Shown here: positions 52,878 through 63,482 of the stretch, piece by piece
Position numbering within the stretch: the stretch's first letter is position 1
Layout of the letters: each line of letters starts with the position of its first letter
NCBI GenBank assembly: GCA_963699755.1
Contig: CAVOVB010000001.1
Span: 768,001-832,000, forward strand
Reading direction: 5' to 3'
DNA: 64,000 bases
Source of the DNA: an uncultured delta proteobacterium
GTDB taxonomy: Bacteria; Myxococcota_A; Polyangia; Polyangiales; Houyiibacteriaceae
Position numbers and translations under genes: made by a program
The notes under the pieces: generated by a model
The model's input: only the letters and a program-made list of their open reading frames with translations
What the model was told of the DNA's origin: nothing
Databases searched by the model: none

Positions 52878-55003
52878 CGCAGGAACTCGTCGACCGGGTC
52901 GTGAATCCCGCGTTTGATGAGCACTTCGCGGGACGACTCCGGGGACCAGCCAAGCCGCTCTCGCGTCTTGGTCGGGTCGAAGGTCGAGGCGAAGGTCCGC
53001 CCGCGCCAGTCCGAATAGGCCGGCCGAAGCTCCTGGCCAGCGAGGCGCTTGATCGCCCACTTTGCCATCGCCTCGCCATAGAGACGCGGCGCCGAGCTTG
53101 CCACCCTGCGGAGCTTGATCCGGGCGTGATGCTCGAGCTCATCCAGGTACTCGTTGGCTGTGATGCACGGGTCGCTCGCGAGATTAAACGACTCGCCTTC
53201 GATGCCGGGGACGTCCATAGCTCTGACCATTGCATCGGCGACATCCTCGACGAGCACGATCGGAAGCGGGTTGTTGCCATCACCATAAAGACGCGCCACC
53301 GAGGGGTACGGCCATGCGGCAATGCCCCAGTGCCGAGGCGGCCCGCCTTTGCCGAGCACGATGCCCGGCCGGAAGATCACCACAGGCAGGCCCGCAGACT
53401 TCCAAAGGCCGAGGAGCTGCGCTTCGTTTTCAGTCTTCGATCGCGCGTACACGTTCGCGCGCAACATCGACGAGACGGGCTTGGTGTCCTCGGTGATCGA
53501 TGCACCGGGTTTGCCGGCTTCGTAGATCGCGATCGAGGAGGCGTAGTAGAGTCGCTTGACGCCGGCCTCCAGACAGAGCTCAGCGACGCGGCGCGTCGGC
53601 TCGACGTCATACTTGAGATACTCCTCCCAAGTCTTGCCCGTTCCACGAGCCAGGTGGAAGACCTGCTCGATGCCCCTGAGCGCCTCCCGAATCGAATCTT
53701 GGTTGAGGAAGTTGCCTCGAAACAGCTCGACCCCGAGCTCGGCCAGATCAGAAGCGCTGCTCGGGTCACGGGCGAGCACCCGGACCCCGTAGCCCTCCTC
53801 TACGAGGCGCCGGACCAACGAGCGGCCGATGAAGCCGGTGCCTCCGATGACCAGAACGGTTGGCGTGCGCTCGACCGTAGCCGACGGCTCGTCTTCGGCC
53901 TGCGCGTCGGCTTCTTCGGCGGCGCTCAAGTCGGCTGATGCCGCGACCTTCTCGGCCAGCTCGACAGCAGCCAGACCCATCTGAGGGCTCACGCCCTCGT
54001 CGATGATGCCCCCGCGCGAGTCGTAAAAGGCACGCACAGCCCGGGCGATGCTTCGGCCGAACGGTTGGCCCTCCGCTTTGTTCACGCCGGCCTTCGCGAG
54101 AACGAACTTCGCGAGGGTACCGGTCGCTTGCACAAGCGCATCTTTGGCCGAAGAGCTGACATCGATGTAACGATCCACGTCGAGCAAGTGCGGCGAGTGT
54201 TCGTGGATGACGTAGGTGCTGCGTTCGAGATCCACGGTGGCCGACGCGACGCTGCCGCGGACGTGAATGTAGTGCTCCGGATACCCTTCGATGAACGAGA
54301 ATCGGATCCGCACGCTGGTATTGCCTGCCCAGCCCATGATCTCCCAGCGTCGAAAGAAGCGGAGTCCCCCAGGCAGGGTCACTGGATCGAAGGGCCGCGC
54401 CTCTACCGAGTCGAGCTCTCCGATCAGGTGGTGGCAGTGCGCAAACGAATGCGGCGCGACCTCGAAGAGAATATTCTGCGGAGCTTGGAGCATCCAGACG
54501 TTGAAGGGCCCGCCGGACAGTTGGCCGAGCTCCTTGTTCCAAACGATGTCGACCTGATCGACCTGCCCCAGGCGCCCCTGCCGGAGGTCGGAAACGAGAC
54601 GCTCGTACACTTCGTAGTAGAGGAAGTTGTGGCTCGTGCCGAAGGCGCGGCCTTGCTCGTCGGCGACCTGAGCGAGCTTGCGGCAAAGCTCCGATGAATG
54701 CGCCATGGGCTTTTCGACCAGCACGTCGACACCCCCGCGGAGGGCCTGCTCGACCGGATCGGCATGAAGATGCGGCGGCGTGAGCACGTGCAAGACGTCG
54801 ATCTGCTCGGCTTCGAGCAGCCTACCCAAGTCCGAGTACGCGGAGTCGATCCCGGCAGCCTCGGCAAATCGCTCGGCACGCCCGAGGTTCAGATCGCAAA
54901 CCGCACGAACGGTGACCCCTGGAACGGCTCGAGCAGCGTTCAAGTGATAGTCGGCGATGTACCCCGCGCCGACGATGGCTGCGGTGATTGGCGTTTCGTT
55001 CAT
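52874..55003 (-). CDS. Gfo/Idh/MocA oxidoreductase fused to NAD-dependent epimerase/dehydratase
   Basis: N-terminal VGAGYIA...LVEKP; C-terminal IGGTGFIG...YARSK...FRPGIV. Confidence 0.88.
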   Translation of the reverse strand: MNETPITAAIVGAGYIADYHLNAARAVPGVTVRAVCDLNLGRAERFAEAAGIDSAYSDLGRLLEAEQIDVLHVLTPPHLHADPVEQALRGGVDVLVEKPMAHSSELCRKLAQVADEQGRAFGTSHNFLYYEVYERLVSDLRQGRLGQVDQVDIVWNKELGQLSGGPFNVWMLQAPQNILFEVAPHSFAHCHHLIGELDSVEARPFDPVTLPGGLRFFRRWEIMGWAGNTSVRIRFSFIEGYPEHYIHVRGSVASATVDLERSTYVIHEHSPHLLDVDRYIDVSSSAKDALVQATGTLAKFVLAKAGVNKAEGQPFGRSIARAVRAFYDSRGGIIDEGVSPQMGLAAVELAEKVAASADLSAAEEADAQAEDEPSATVERTPTVLVIGGTGFIGRSLVRRLVEEGYGVRVLARDPSSASDLAELGVELFRGNFLNQDSIREALRGIEQVFHLARGTGKTWEEYLKYDVEPTRRVAELCLEAGVKRLYYASSIAIYEAGKPGASITEDTKPVSSMLRANVYARSKTENEAQLLGLWKSAGLPVVIFRPGIVLGKGGPPRHWGIAAWPYPSVARLYGDGNNPLPIVLVEDVADAMVRAMDVPGIEGESFNLASDPCITANEYLDELEHHARIKLRRVASSAPRLYGEAMAKWAIKRLAGQELRPAYSDWRGRTFASTFDPTKTRERLGWSPESSREVLIKRGIHDPVDEFLR

Positions 55004-56004
55004 TCCGTCCTCTTGTGCTCGATGATCTCGGGTGTACGTTCCCGCAAAGCGTCCAAGTGAAACCTAGCAACCCCGGCCGCCTCGGGAAATGACGAAAGGG
55101 CGCAGGAGACTCCCCAAGCAAGCGAGTGCGCCCAAGGAAAACCTCGCTTGCGCGTTTGCAGGGCCACGCGCGCGCCAACCACCGGGTAGCGGGCGAGCGC
55201 AAGGCAAGAGGCACCCAAGGTGGGCGGGGCCATCAGGAGCGCACCTACGGGCACGGCAAAGCCCCACAGCAGCGCTCTTCGCTTCTCGCGGACGAACTTT
55301 CGTTCCGGTGTCGTCGCACCGTGCATACCGGAGACCTGCGCATAGGCGTATCCCGTCCTTTTCTGGCGCCGCCACCACTGCCAAACGTGGTGCATGTCGA
55401 CGTCGTGGATCATGCTTTCGTAGTCGAGTCGAATGAGCTCGTAACCCTCTTTGCGGAGGCGCAGCGCAAGCTCATCATCCTCCGCAGCGATCACTTCGGG
55501 ATTCCAACCGCCGACTTTCTCGAGGGCATCCATTCGGATCATGACATTGCCCCCGAAGCTCGTCGTCGGTCCGACCGGACCGAGGTGCCATTCAACGTCG
55601 CAGATCTTGTTGTACACCGACTGTTCCGGATGCCGCTCCTTCAAGTAGCCGCAGACCGCTCCGACACTCGGGTGGGAGTCGAGCTCCGCGGTGGCGGTTT
55701 CAATCCAGTTGGAGTCGACCTCACAGTCGCCGTCGACGAACTGAACATACTTCAGCTCGGGGTGCTCCTCGCGCAGTCGCTCGAAGCCGGCGTTCCGGGC
55801 GCGCGCCGCCGTGAAAGGCTTGGACATATCGAGGTCGACCAGAACGGCGCCATGCTCGATCGCCCGATCGCAACTACCGTCGGTCGAGCCCGAGTCGACA
55901 TAGACCAGCGGTCTCGACCCATCGGAGACCGACTCGAGGGCACGCACGAGACGCTCGCCCTCGTTTCGACCGATCAGCACGACACCAGCCCGCGATTCGC
56001 CCAT
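55000..56004 (-). CDS. Glycosyltransferase family 2
   Basis: IGRNEGERL, YVDSGSTDGS, FTAARARNAG, FVDGD and AAED motifs; start MGESRA. Confidence 0.9.
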   Translation of the reverse strand: MGESRAGVVLIGRNEGERLVRALESVSDGSRPLVYVDSGSTDGSCDRAIEHGAVLVDLDMSKPFTAARARNAGFERLREEHPELKYVQFVDGDCEVDSNWIETATAELDSHPSVGAVCGYLKERHPEQSVYNKICDVEWHLGPVGPTTSFGGNVMIRMDALEKVGGWNPEVIAAEDDELALRLRKEGYELIRLDYESMIHDVDMHHVWQWWRRQKRTGYAYAQVSGMHGATTPERKFVREKRRALLWGFAVPVGALLMAPPTLGASCLALARYPVVGARVALQTRKRGFPWAHSLAWGVSCALSSFPEAAGVARFHLDALRERTPEIIEHKRTE

Positions 56005-56033
56005 GGGTCTCAAAATACTGATGAACGGGCCAG

Positions 56034-56058
56034 GAAAAAGGGGACCAACCCCTTTTTC
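56034..56058. terminator. Perfect palindrome (bidirectional terminator or REP-like element)
   Basis: GAAAAAGGGG-ACCAA-CCCCTTTTTC, 10-bp arms. Confidence 0.6.
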
Positions 56059-56219
56059 TAAGTAGAGTCGTTTTTTGCTGATTTTCGACCTCCTGCCGAA
56101 GCTCACGGTGCGACCTCGAACCGTTCGCCCGCGAGAGCCGAATCGCTGGCCGCAGGGCGAAATAGAACGCCGGGTGGATCCGCTGATCCACCCGGCCTGT
56201 AGCAAGCAAGCTTGAGTCG

Positions 56220-59200
56220 CTAATTGCGCCTATAGCGACGAATCGCCAAGCCAAAACCAAGCATCAGTAAAAGAAGAGCACCCTTCGGTCCCCCTTGGCC
56301 AGGCGCCCCGATACTGCAACCAACGCCGCGTCCGCCCATAAGAAGGAGGCGGCCGGGGCCTTGCGGCTCACCGAGCTCTTCCAAGTAGTCCGGAACGCCG
56401 TTGCCGTTCTCGTCCCCTGCCTCGTCACCGTCGTCGGTGCCATCACCATCGCTGTCGGTGTCGAGCCAGTTGACCAGTCCATCGCCGTCCGGGTCATTGT
56501 CGCCGAGCGTGTTCGAATCCTCGAGCTCGACAGCCGTATCGATGCCGTCACCGTCATCGTCTTTGTCCAAGTAATTCGGCGTGCCATCGCCGTCCGTGTC
56601 GTCATCCGTCGGATCCGAATCCCCGTCTGGGCTCTCGTCCGCCGTGTCGATGCCGTCACCGTCATCGTCCTCGTCGTTGAAGTCCGGCGTCCCGTCCTCG
56701 TCCGTGTCCGGACAGCTCGAAGGCTGGAGTGGGCTTCCGGGCGCTGGGCATTCCACCGCATCGGGAATCCCGTCACCGTCGGAGTCGGGGACGTCGGACT
56801 CACGACGGCAGCTGCTGTTGCAGCCATCGCCATCGACCGCATTTCCGTCGTCACACTCCTCCCAGCCGGAGGCGAGGTCGATCACGCTGACCCTGTCGTC
56901 GCCGCAAACATCGAGGTAGTCGGGCCGTCCGTCGCCGTCGCTGTCCGGGCAACCGGCTCGAAAGTCCGGGCACTCGTCGAGCGTCGGCGCTCCGTCGTCG
57001 TCGTCGTCGGGGTCGAGGTAGTCGGGCGTGCCATCACGATCGGAATCCTCGTTCGTCGGGTCGCGGTCCCCGTCATAGTTTTCGTCGGCGGTGTCAATGC
57101 CGTCGTCGTCGTCGTCCGGGTCTTCGAAGTTGGGGTCCCCGTCGCCGTCCGTGTCGGGACAGCTCTCGGGGGTGCCAACCGGGTCACTGGGTGCCGGACA
57201 TTCGATGACATCGGGAATCCCGTCGCCATCGGTGTCCACAGGCGTATTGTCGGCATCTAGGTAGTCCGGCGTCCCGTCGTTGTCTCCGTCCGGACAAGGA
57301 GCGCCTGGATCGGTGCATTCGAACACCGTGTCCACGCCGTCGGCGTCATCGTCGGCGTCCTGGTAGTCGGGAACCGAGTCCCCGTCCGTGTCTTGGGTGG
57401 GCGCGCTGGTGCCGCCGTTGTCGGTGTCGAAGGCGTCGTCGAGGCCATCACCATCGGTGTCGAGGTCGAGCGGTGCCCGATCTGCGATGCCACTCATGTC
57501 CGCGTCGTGGCCTTCAACCGAGTCGACGATGCCGTCGCCGTCCGAGTCCTCGTCGAGGTAGTCGGGCGTGCCGTCCGAATCCGATGTCTCACAGCTCGTG
57601 CCCGTGCTGCACTCGACCACGTCGGTGATGCCATCGCCGTCGCTATCGATATCGCGGTGGTTTGGAACGCCGTCCCCATCCGCGTCACAGGCATCCGGAT
57701 TGACGCCGCATTCGGTCGCCGTCGGGATCCCGTCGTCGTCGTCGTCAGGATCCATGTAGTCCGGGCTTCCGTCGTCATCGGTGTCGACGCATCCCGCGAC
57801 GTTACCCGCGCATTCGACCTCGTCAGGGATCCCGTCCCCGTCCGTATCAGTTGGGAGATTGTCCGGGTCCAGGTAATCCGGTGTCCCGTCGCTATCGCCA
57901 TCGGGGCAGCCCGACAGGGCGTCGGGGCATTCGAAGGCCGAGCCAACGCCATCTCCATCGTCGTCCGGATCTCGATAGTCAGGCGTACCATCACCGTCGT
58001 GGTCCGGAAGCGTTGCGGGAACGCCGCCGGCCATGTCGAGGTCGTAGGCGTCATCGAGGCCGTCTTCGTCGTCATCCATGCCAAGCGGCGCGAAGTCAGG
58101 CTCGCCGTCGGCGTCGCCGTCATGGCCTTCAACCGCGTCCAAGATGCCGTCGTCGTCGGAGTCCGTGTCGAGGAAGTCGGGGGCGCCATCGCCATCCGAA
58201 TCTGCGCATGCGGTGGGGTTCTCGCACTCCACACGATCGGCTATTCCGTCGCCGTCGCTGTCTTCATCGATGTAGTCGGGCCGATCGTCGCCGTCGCGAT
58301 CTTGCCCCGTGGCGCCGATCCCGCCCTGATCGATGTCGAAGGCATCGTCGATACCGTCTCCATCGGCGTCCACGCCGCTCGGAACGGCCTCAGGCTGCCC
58401 ATCGGCATCGCCATCGAAGCCTTCGACGCGATCGAGCAAGCCGTCGTTGTCGCTGTCGGCGTCCAGGTAGTCGGGCGCGCCATCGCCATCACGGTCGGGC
58501 ACGGGCGCCACGATCCCGTCCGCAACGCAGGCTCCCGGCATGCCGGCACAATCCGCGTCGAAGGCGTCGTCGAGGCCATCACCGTCCTCGTCGTTGCTGA
58601 CCGAAACCGAATCCGCGATGCCGTCCGCGTCCGCGTCGTGTCCTTCGGTGCTATCCGGAAGGCCGTCTCCGTCGCTGTCGAGGTCCAGGTGGTTTGGCAG
58701 GCCGTCGCCATCCGCGTCCACATTCGTCGGCAGAGAGTCACAGATCCCGTCGGGCTCCGCGTCGCTGCAGGTCACCGCATCGGGGTCTGTATAGTCTGGG
58801 ACGCCATCGCCATCATCGTCGAGCGACCAATCGGTGCCGTCGCCTTCCTCGGTGTCGACGATGCCGTCGGCGTCATCGTCGATGTCGACGTCGTCGCGGA
58901 TCCCATCGCGATCGCTGTCCGGGTAGTCACAGGCATCGTCATCGGTGCAGACCTTGAGACCAGGGCAGTCCTCGTCCGAGAGACATTCGACGCAGGCACC
59001 GCCAGCGACCGAGGTGTCACAAAGAGCCATCCCTGCCGCGGTGCAGCCACTGTCCATCGCGCCGCCGCTCATGTCGTCGAGGCACAAGACGCAGGCACTT
59101 CCCGCCGCGCCGGTCGCCCCGTTGCAGACGGGCAGTGCCGGGTTCGTGCAGCCCTCGTCCGGATTCGCTCCGGCCTGGTCGTTGACGCAGGCCACGCAGG

Positions 59201-61328
59201 CGCCCGGGCTCGACACCGAGGTGTCGCAAACCGCCGCATTGCTGTCGGGGCAGTCGGAATCGTCGAAGCAGCCGGCAACACAGCTGTCCGTCGCTACATC
59301 ACAAGCGTCGCCGGAGCCGCAGTCGGCAGATTCGGTGCAGTCGACGCAGATCGGATTGCTCCCGCTCTCGTCGCAGGCATTGTCACCGCCCGAGCAACCG
59401 ACGTCGGTCGCTCCCGAGCCGCTATCCACGCATCCCGCAACGCAGAGCGGAAACACACCGCTCGCGTCGCAGTAAGGGGCGACGCCCCCACATCCGGCGT
59501 CGATATTCGTTCCAGTCTGGTCATCGAAGCAGACGACACAGCCCAATCCGCCGGCGTCGCACTGACCGGTGGCGCACTCCGAGCCGAGCGTACAGCCCGA
59601 GCCTTCTTCGAGGAGGCAGATGCTATTGCAGCCATCGAGGGCGTCGGTATTGCCGTCGTCGCAAGCCTCGCCCGATTCGACCGTGCCGTTGCCGCAGGTG
59701 TCGGCTGGCTCGCAGACCGCTGGAACCTCGTTGAGATCGCAGACGCCGCTCGCGCACTCGGCACCGGCCGCGCAGCTCTCATCGAGCTCTTTCAAGCAGC
59801 TGTCGTCGCAGCCGTCGCCAGTGGCCGTCCCGCCATCGTCGCAACCTTCCCCTGATTCGACAGCGCCGTTTCCACAGATGTCGGCGGGCTCGCAGCTGTT
59901 GCTTCCAAGGGTATCGCAAACGCTGCTCTCGCACTGGGCGCTTGCGGTGCAGGCCTCATCGTCTTCGAGCAAGCAGGTGGTTCCGCAGCCATCGCCGGCG
60001 TCAGTCGAGCCATCGTCGCAGGCTTCCCCCCCCTCGACCTTGCTGTTGCCGCAGCTGCCCGCCGCCTCGCAGACGGGCGGAAGCTCCGTGGAATCGCAGA
60101 CCCCGCTCTCGCACTCCCCATCGTCGGTGCAACCCTCGAAGTCCTCGAAGAGGCAGTTCGGGCTACAGCCGTCGCCCGACGCCGTGTTGCCATCATCACA
60201 GGCTTCACCCACCTCCCGTTTTCCGTTGCCGCAAACCGGTTCGGTGAAGAGCACCAAGGGACAGGTGCCCGTGATGTTTTGGGCGTTGGTGAAGTTCACC
60301 TGCATGAACGTCGTCGTGCCGCTGTCCGAGATCTGTGGCGTCCAGCTGAACGTCGTGTTGAAGGGGCTCGCGCCGCTCGTTCCCTCGGCGGGGTTGAACG
60401 TCGCGGTGGTGGGCTTTCCGGTCACGCTGAGCGTGAGGTTGTTGCCAGGGTCCGTGGCGCTCAGGACCTGCGAAAACGGAACACCGATCGGCAAGGTGAA
60501 GACGCCGCCGTCGGGACAAGTCGGGACGGGTTCAGACACGATCTCGACGAGAAGGTCGAGCGCCGTTCTGCTCGCCAAGGGCGGAGACCCGTGCGTCGAT
60601 TCGAGAACGACGTGAACGACATATTGCTGGCCGCCGACCGCGTTGGTCAGATCCCAGGTCATGCGGCATTCGTTGGGACTTGGCGTCGTCACGGAGGGCT
60701 GTGCCCCACCGTTCGGGACGGTTGGAAGCTCTTGCCCGGCGGGCAGGCCAGATTCCGCGCTCGTCGCGAAGCGACAGCTGACCGGATCACCGTCGGCGTC
60801 GAACGTCAGAAAGTCATGGGTGCGGACCCCTCCACGCTCCAACTGCACGATGGCCGTGGACCCGGTAGCAAGTGGCGCCGTATTGCCGTCGCCGAGGCCG
60901 ACGGTAGCCTCCACGCGAAAGTTGGCGTTGGCGCCGTTCTCGAGCCCTGCGACACGACAGCAGGAATTGAAGAACGCCGTGTACTCTCCCTCGCCTGGGT
61001 AGTCGTGCGTCACGACGTACTGACTCGTGCTGTACGCGTTGCCGACGGTGTCGACCCCGCTTCCTATCACCGTGCCGAGAACGGGGCCGTTCGAGGTGCC
61101 GTCACCGAAGTTGAGGTTGGTGCTGTCGAGCGCTCCGTCCCGCCAACTGGTGGTCACGGTGAACTCGACGCGAAGCGGAAAATTATCCGGATCGGGCGTT
61201 CGCCAGTTGATCGTTCCGTGGCGGAAGTGGCTTGCGCTGGCGTCAGCCGACCAACCCCAGGTGCAAGCCAGTGCGACACATGCGACGAGCGCGTGATTCA
61301 AGACTCTATTTCCCACAGCTTCCTCCAA
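56220..61328 (-). CDS. Giant surface protein: N-terminal 'HFRHGTINW' domain, Cys-rich DUF4215-type repeats, many DxDxDG Ca-binding (TSP type-3-like) repeats, MYXO-CTERM-like tail
   Basis: Signal peptide; repeated CGNG..E.GE.CDDG and D.D.DG.PDY.D.D.D.DG; tail GCSIG...LLLLMLGFGLAIRRYRR. Exact start uncertain. Confidence 0.85.
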   Translation of the reverse strand: MEEAVGNRVLNHALVACVALACTWGWSADASASHFRHGTINWRTPDPDNFPLRVEFTVTTSWRDGALDSTNLNFGDGTSNGPVLGTVIGSGVDTVGNAYSTSQYVVTHDYPGEGEYTAFFNSCCRVAGLENGANANFRVEATVGLGDGNTAPLATGSTAIVQLERGGVRTHDFLTFDADGDPVSCRFATSAESGLPAGQELPTVPNGGAQPSVTTPSPNECRMTWDLTNAVGGQQYVVHVVLESTHGSPPLASRTALDLLVEIVSEPVPTCPDGGVFTLPIGVPFSQVLSATDPGNNLTLSVTGKPTTATFNPAEGTSGASPFNTTFSWTPQISDSGTTTFMQVNFTNAQNITGTCPLVLFTEPVCGNGKREVGEACDDGNTASGDGCSPNCLFEDFEGCTDDGECESGVCDSTELPPVCEAAGSCGNSKVEGGEACDDGSTDAGDGCGTTCLLEDDEACTASAQCESSVCDTLGSNSCEPADICGNGAVESGEGCDDGGTATGDGCDDSCLKELDESCAAGAECASGVCDLNEVPAVCEPADTCGNGTVESGEACDDGNTDALDGCNSICLLEEGSGCTLGSECATGQCDAGGLGCVVCFDDQTGTNIDAGCGGVAPYCDASGVFPLCVAGCVDSGSGATDVGCSGGDNACDESGSNPICVDCTESADCGSGDACDVATDSCVAGCFDDSDCPDSNAAVCDTSVSSPGACVACVNDQAGANPDEGCTNPALPVCNGATGAAGSACVLCLDDMSGGAMDSGCTAAGMALCDTSVAGGACVECLSDEDCPGLKVCTDDDACDYPDSDRDGIRDDVDIDDDADGIVDTEEGDGTDWSLDDDGDGVPDYTDPDAVTCSDAEPDGICDSLPTNVDADGDGLPNHLDLDSDGDGLPDSTEGHDADADGIADSVSVSNDEDGDGLDDAFDADCAGMPGACVADGIVAPVPDRDGDGAPDYLDADSDNDGLLDRVEGFDGDADGQPEAVPSGVDADGDGIDDAFDIDQGGIGATGQDRDGDDRPDYIDEDSDGDGIADRVECENPTACADSDGDGAPDFLDTDSDDDGILDAVEGHDGDADGEPDFAPLGMDDDEDGLDDAYDLDMAGGVPATLPDHDGDGTPDYRDPDDDGDGVGSAFECPDALSGCPDGDSDGTPDYLDPDNLPTDTDGDGIPDEVECAGNVAGCVDTDDDGSPDYMDPDDDDDGIPTATECGVNPDACDADGDGVPNHRDIDSDGDGITDVVECSTGTSCETSDSDGTPDYLDEDSDGDGIVDSVEGHDADMSGIADRAPLDLDTDGDGLDDAFDTDNGGTSAPTQDTDGDSVPDYQDADDDADGVDTVFECTDPGAPCPDGDNDGTPDYLDADNTPVDTDGDGIPDVIECPAPSDPVGTPESCPDTDGDGDPNFEDPDDDDDGIDTADENYDGDRDPTNEDSDRDGTPDYLDPDDDDDGAPTLDECPDFRAGCPDSDGDGRPDYLDVCGDDRVSVIDLASGWEECDDGNAVDGDGCNSSCRRESDVPDSDGDGIPDAVECPAPGSPLQPSSCPDTDEDGTPDFNDEDDDGDGIDTADESPDGDSDPTDDDTDGDGTPNYLDKDDDGDGIDTAVELEDSNTLGDNDPDGDGLVNWLDTDSDGDGTDDGDEAGDENGNGVPDYLEELGEPQGPGRLLLMGGRGVGCSIGAPGQGGPKGALLLLMLGFGLAIRRYRRN

Positions 61329-61396
61329 AACAACTCGCCGAGGCCCCGACCAGCGGCGAGAGACTTGTATAGCTTATTGCTGTGTAACTAGAAAAA

Positions 61397-63385
61397 TCAA
61401 GTATTTGTGGGTGCTGCTCGTCGCCAAATGAGGCCCACCGCACAGACGAGCAGGAGCCAGGCTTCTCTTGGCGCCGATGACTCACCCATAGGGCTTGCCT
61501 CGCAGCGAGATCCGGAGACGGGCGCCGCCGGCACGGGCGGGCGGGAGCGTGGCGGAGCCTGTTCGGGCCCGAGACAGCGTCGGCCGTCCGTGTCTTGCAC
61601 GCAGCGAGGAGTCTCGGAGCTGCAGCCAGAGTCGAGGGAGTCATCGGCCTCGTCGTCGACGCAGTACACGCAGCGCCTGAATACCAGATCACAGATCGGT
61701 TCGGGCATGGAGCAATCGGCTCCGCTGGCGCAGGCACCCGGCCCCGGGGCTTCAGGATTGAGATCCAACGAGTCGGAGAGCTCGGACGTGTGTCCCGCGA
61801 CGGTGGCAGTCAGCACGATCAAATCGACCGACTCCTCAATCGGAAGCGTCAGCGCGAAGGCTGCTTCGTTGTGCTCGCTGCACGCATCCGAAGCGTCACC
61901 GTCTTCTTCGCTGCCCTCGACCGCACTCGCGAGGGGCCGTAGGGTTCCCGGCGTTCCACCCGGAACCGTGAGCGCCTCGTACACGTCGATGACCGCGCCA
62001 GGTGAAACGCATGCGTGGATGTGCAGCTCGCCGGGCTCCAGCTCGAAACCGGTGACTTCGGGATAGTTCGTCGGCAGCAATTCGTCCGACACGTCATTGT
62101 CGGTACGGCCCGTGGGCCCAGCGTCGATTGCTAGGCCTTCGTTCAGAAAAAGGGCGTTTCCCTGAACCAGTGCAGTGCCGTCCATCGCGCGGATTCCGAC
62201 GCCTCCGTTGTGTGCGATCAGGTTGCCTTGGTTTGGATTCTCGCTACCGATCAGCGCGTCGGAGCACCCCGATTCGAGGTGGATCCCGTCCCCTTCATTA
62301 GGGAGAACATCACCTTTCGCGATATCGACTCCGATCAGATTGCGCTTCATGGTCAGGGGGCCGAGCGTGCCGTCTAGACAGGAAATTCCATGCCCTGCAT
62401 TGGCCGAGATGACGTTGTCGAAGATGATCATTCCGTCCGAATCCGAGCCAATCGTGAGCCCGGGGCCCGCGTTGCCGAGCCCTAACCGGCCGGTGGCATC
62501 GACACCGATCTTGTTCCTCTCTACCGAAGTCCCGGTCACATTCCTCAGACGAATTCCGCCTCCAAGATTCGAGGCGATCGCGTTGTCCCAGACTTCGCTC
62601 CGATCGGAACTGTCGATGTCGACGGCAAACGCGAGCGGGTTCTCGAGGGCGTTTGGCCGTGCTTCGAGCCCCGCTGGATCGAGGCCGATATAGTTGCCAT
62701 GAAAAACGAGATTGTCCGACCTCTCGACGAGAACCGCTTCGGCACCGGCCCCGGAGATGAGATTTCGCGAGAGCTCGTCCGGACCTCCGATCCTCGGTCG
62801 GTACGTGTCTCGGACGTGGATCGCATGGGACCCAAAAGCCGGCTCGCTCGAACCGGGGGGCATGGCTTCGCCCGTGAGAGGATGGACGCCGAGGTAGCAG
62901 CCTCGGACCAGGAGGTAGTCGGCGCTCTCTGCGTCGATGCCGGAGACCGCAGCGTTCGTGATGGCGATCGCGAGAACGAGGGTATTCTCAGCACGAACGC
63001 GGAGCACTTCGTCGACCCCGTCTCCGTCGACGATGATCACTGGCAGGTGCTCCGTTCCAACGATGTACCGTGGCTCCGTGCTACCATTGATGATCAGGCT
63101 TTCCGTGATCGACGGAAGCGGACTCTCGAGGAGAATCGTAAAGGGCGGAACTTCGATTTCCCCGAAATCGAAGGCGATGACGTCCGGTGCATCGGGATGA
63201 TCGTTGATCAGCACGTTGGCGGTATCGATAGCCTCGCGGAGGCTGCAGTCTCCCACCGGCGGCTCGTCGCAACTTCCGTCGTCCGTGTCGGCCGTCGTGT
63301 TGACGACGAAGTAACCGTGAGCATTGGCCGTCTGGTTCCATCCAGAAACCAAGACCAGCGAGGCAAGGGCCAAGACAAACCGCAT
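61397..63385 (-). CDS. CSLREA-domain, parallel beta-helix surface protein with MYXO-CTERM-like tail
   Basis: VVNTTADT.DGSC...DCSLREAI; repeated GNYIG/NKIG/NLIG; tail RC...WLLLVCAVGLIWRR. Confidence 0.85.
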   Translation of the reverse strand: MRFVLALASLVLVSGWNQTANAHGYFVVNTTADTDDGSCDEPPVGDCSLREAIDTANVLINDHPDAPDVIAFDFGEIEVPPFTILLESPLPSITESLIINGSTEPRYIVGTEHLPVIIVDGDGVDEVLRVRAENTLVLAIAITNAAVSGIDAESADYLLVRGCYLGVHPLTGEAMPPGSSEPAFGSHAIHVRDTYRPRIGGPDELSRNLISGAGAEAVLVERSDNLVFHGNYIGLDPAGLEARPNALENPLAFAVDIDSSDRSEVWDNAIASNLGGGIRLRNVTGTSVERNKIGVDATGRLGLGNAGPGLTIGSDSDGMIIFDNVISANAGHGISCLDGTLGPLTMKRNLIGVDIAKGDVLPNEGDGIHLESGCSDALIGSENPNQGNLIAHNGGVGIRAMDGTALVQGNALFLNEGLAIDAGPTGRTDNDVSDELLPTNYPEVTGFELEPGELHIHACVSPGAVIDVYEALTVPGGTPGTLRPLASAVEGSEEDGDASDACSEHNEAAFALTLPIEESVDLIVLTATVAGHTSELSDSLDLNPEAPGPGACASGADCSMPEPICDLVFRRCVYCVDDEADDSLDSGCSSETPRCVQDTDGRRCLGPEQAPPRSRPPVPAAPVSGSRCEASPMGESSAPREAWLLLVCAVGLIWRRAAPTNT

Positions 63386-63482
63386 CGCATTCCCCCCCAA
63401 CCGAGCGCGCGAAGCACCTCGGCGGAACGCTTAGACTCTAGAGGAATTGATAGACCCACCCCAAACGCCGGGGAGCTCGCCC

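Noticed and set aside
56295..60615. Long plus-strand ORFs (e.g. 820 aa at 57393-59855)
   Set aside because: Antisense shadows of the repetitive, GC-rich surface-protein gene; no recognisable motifs.
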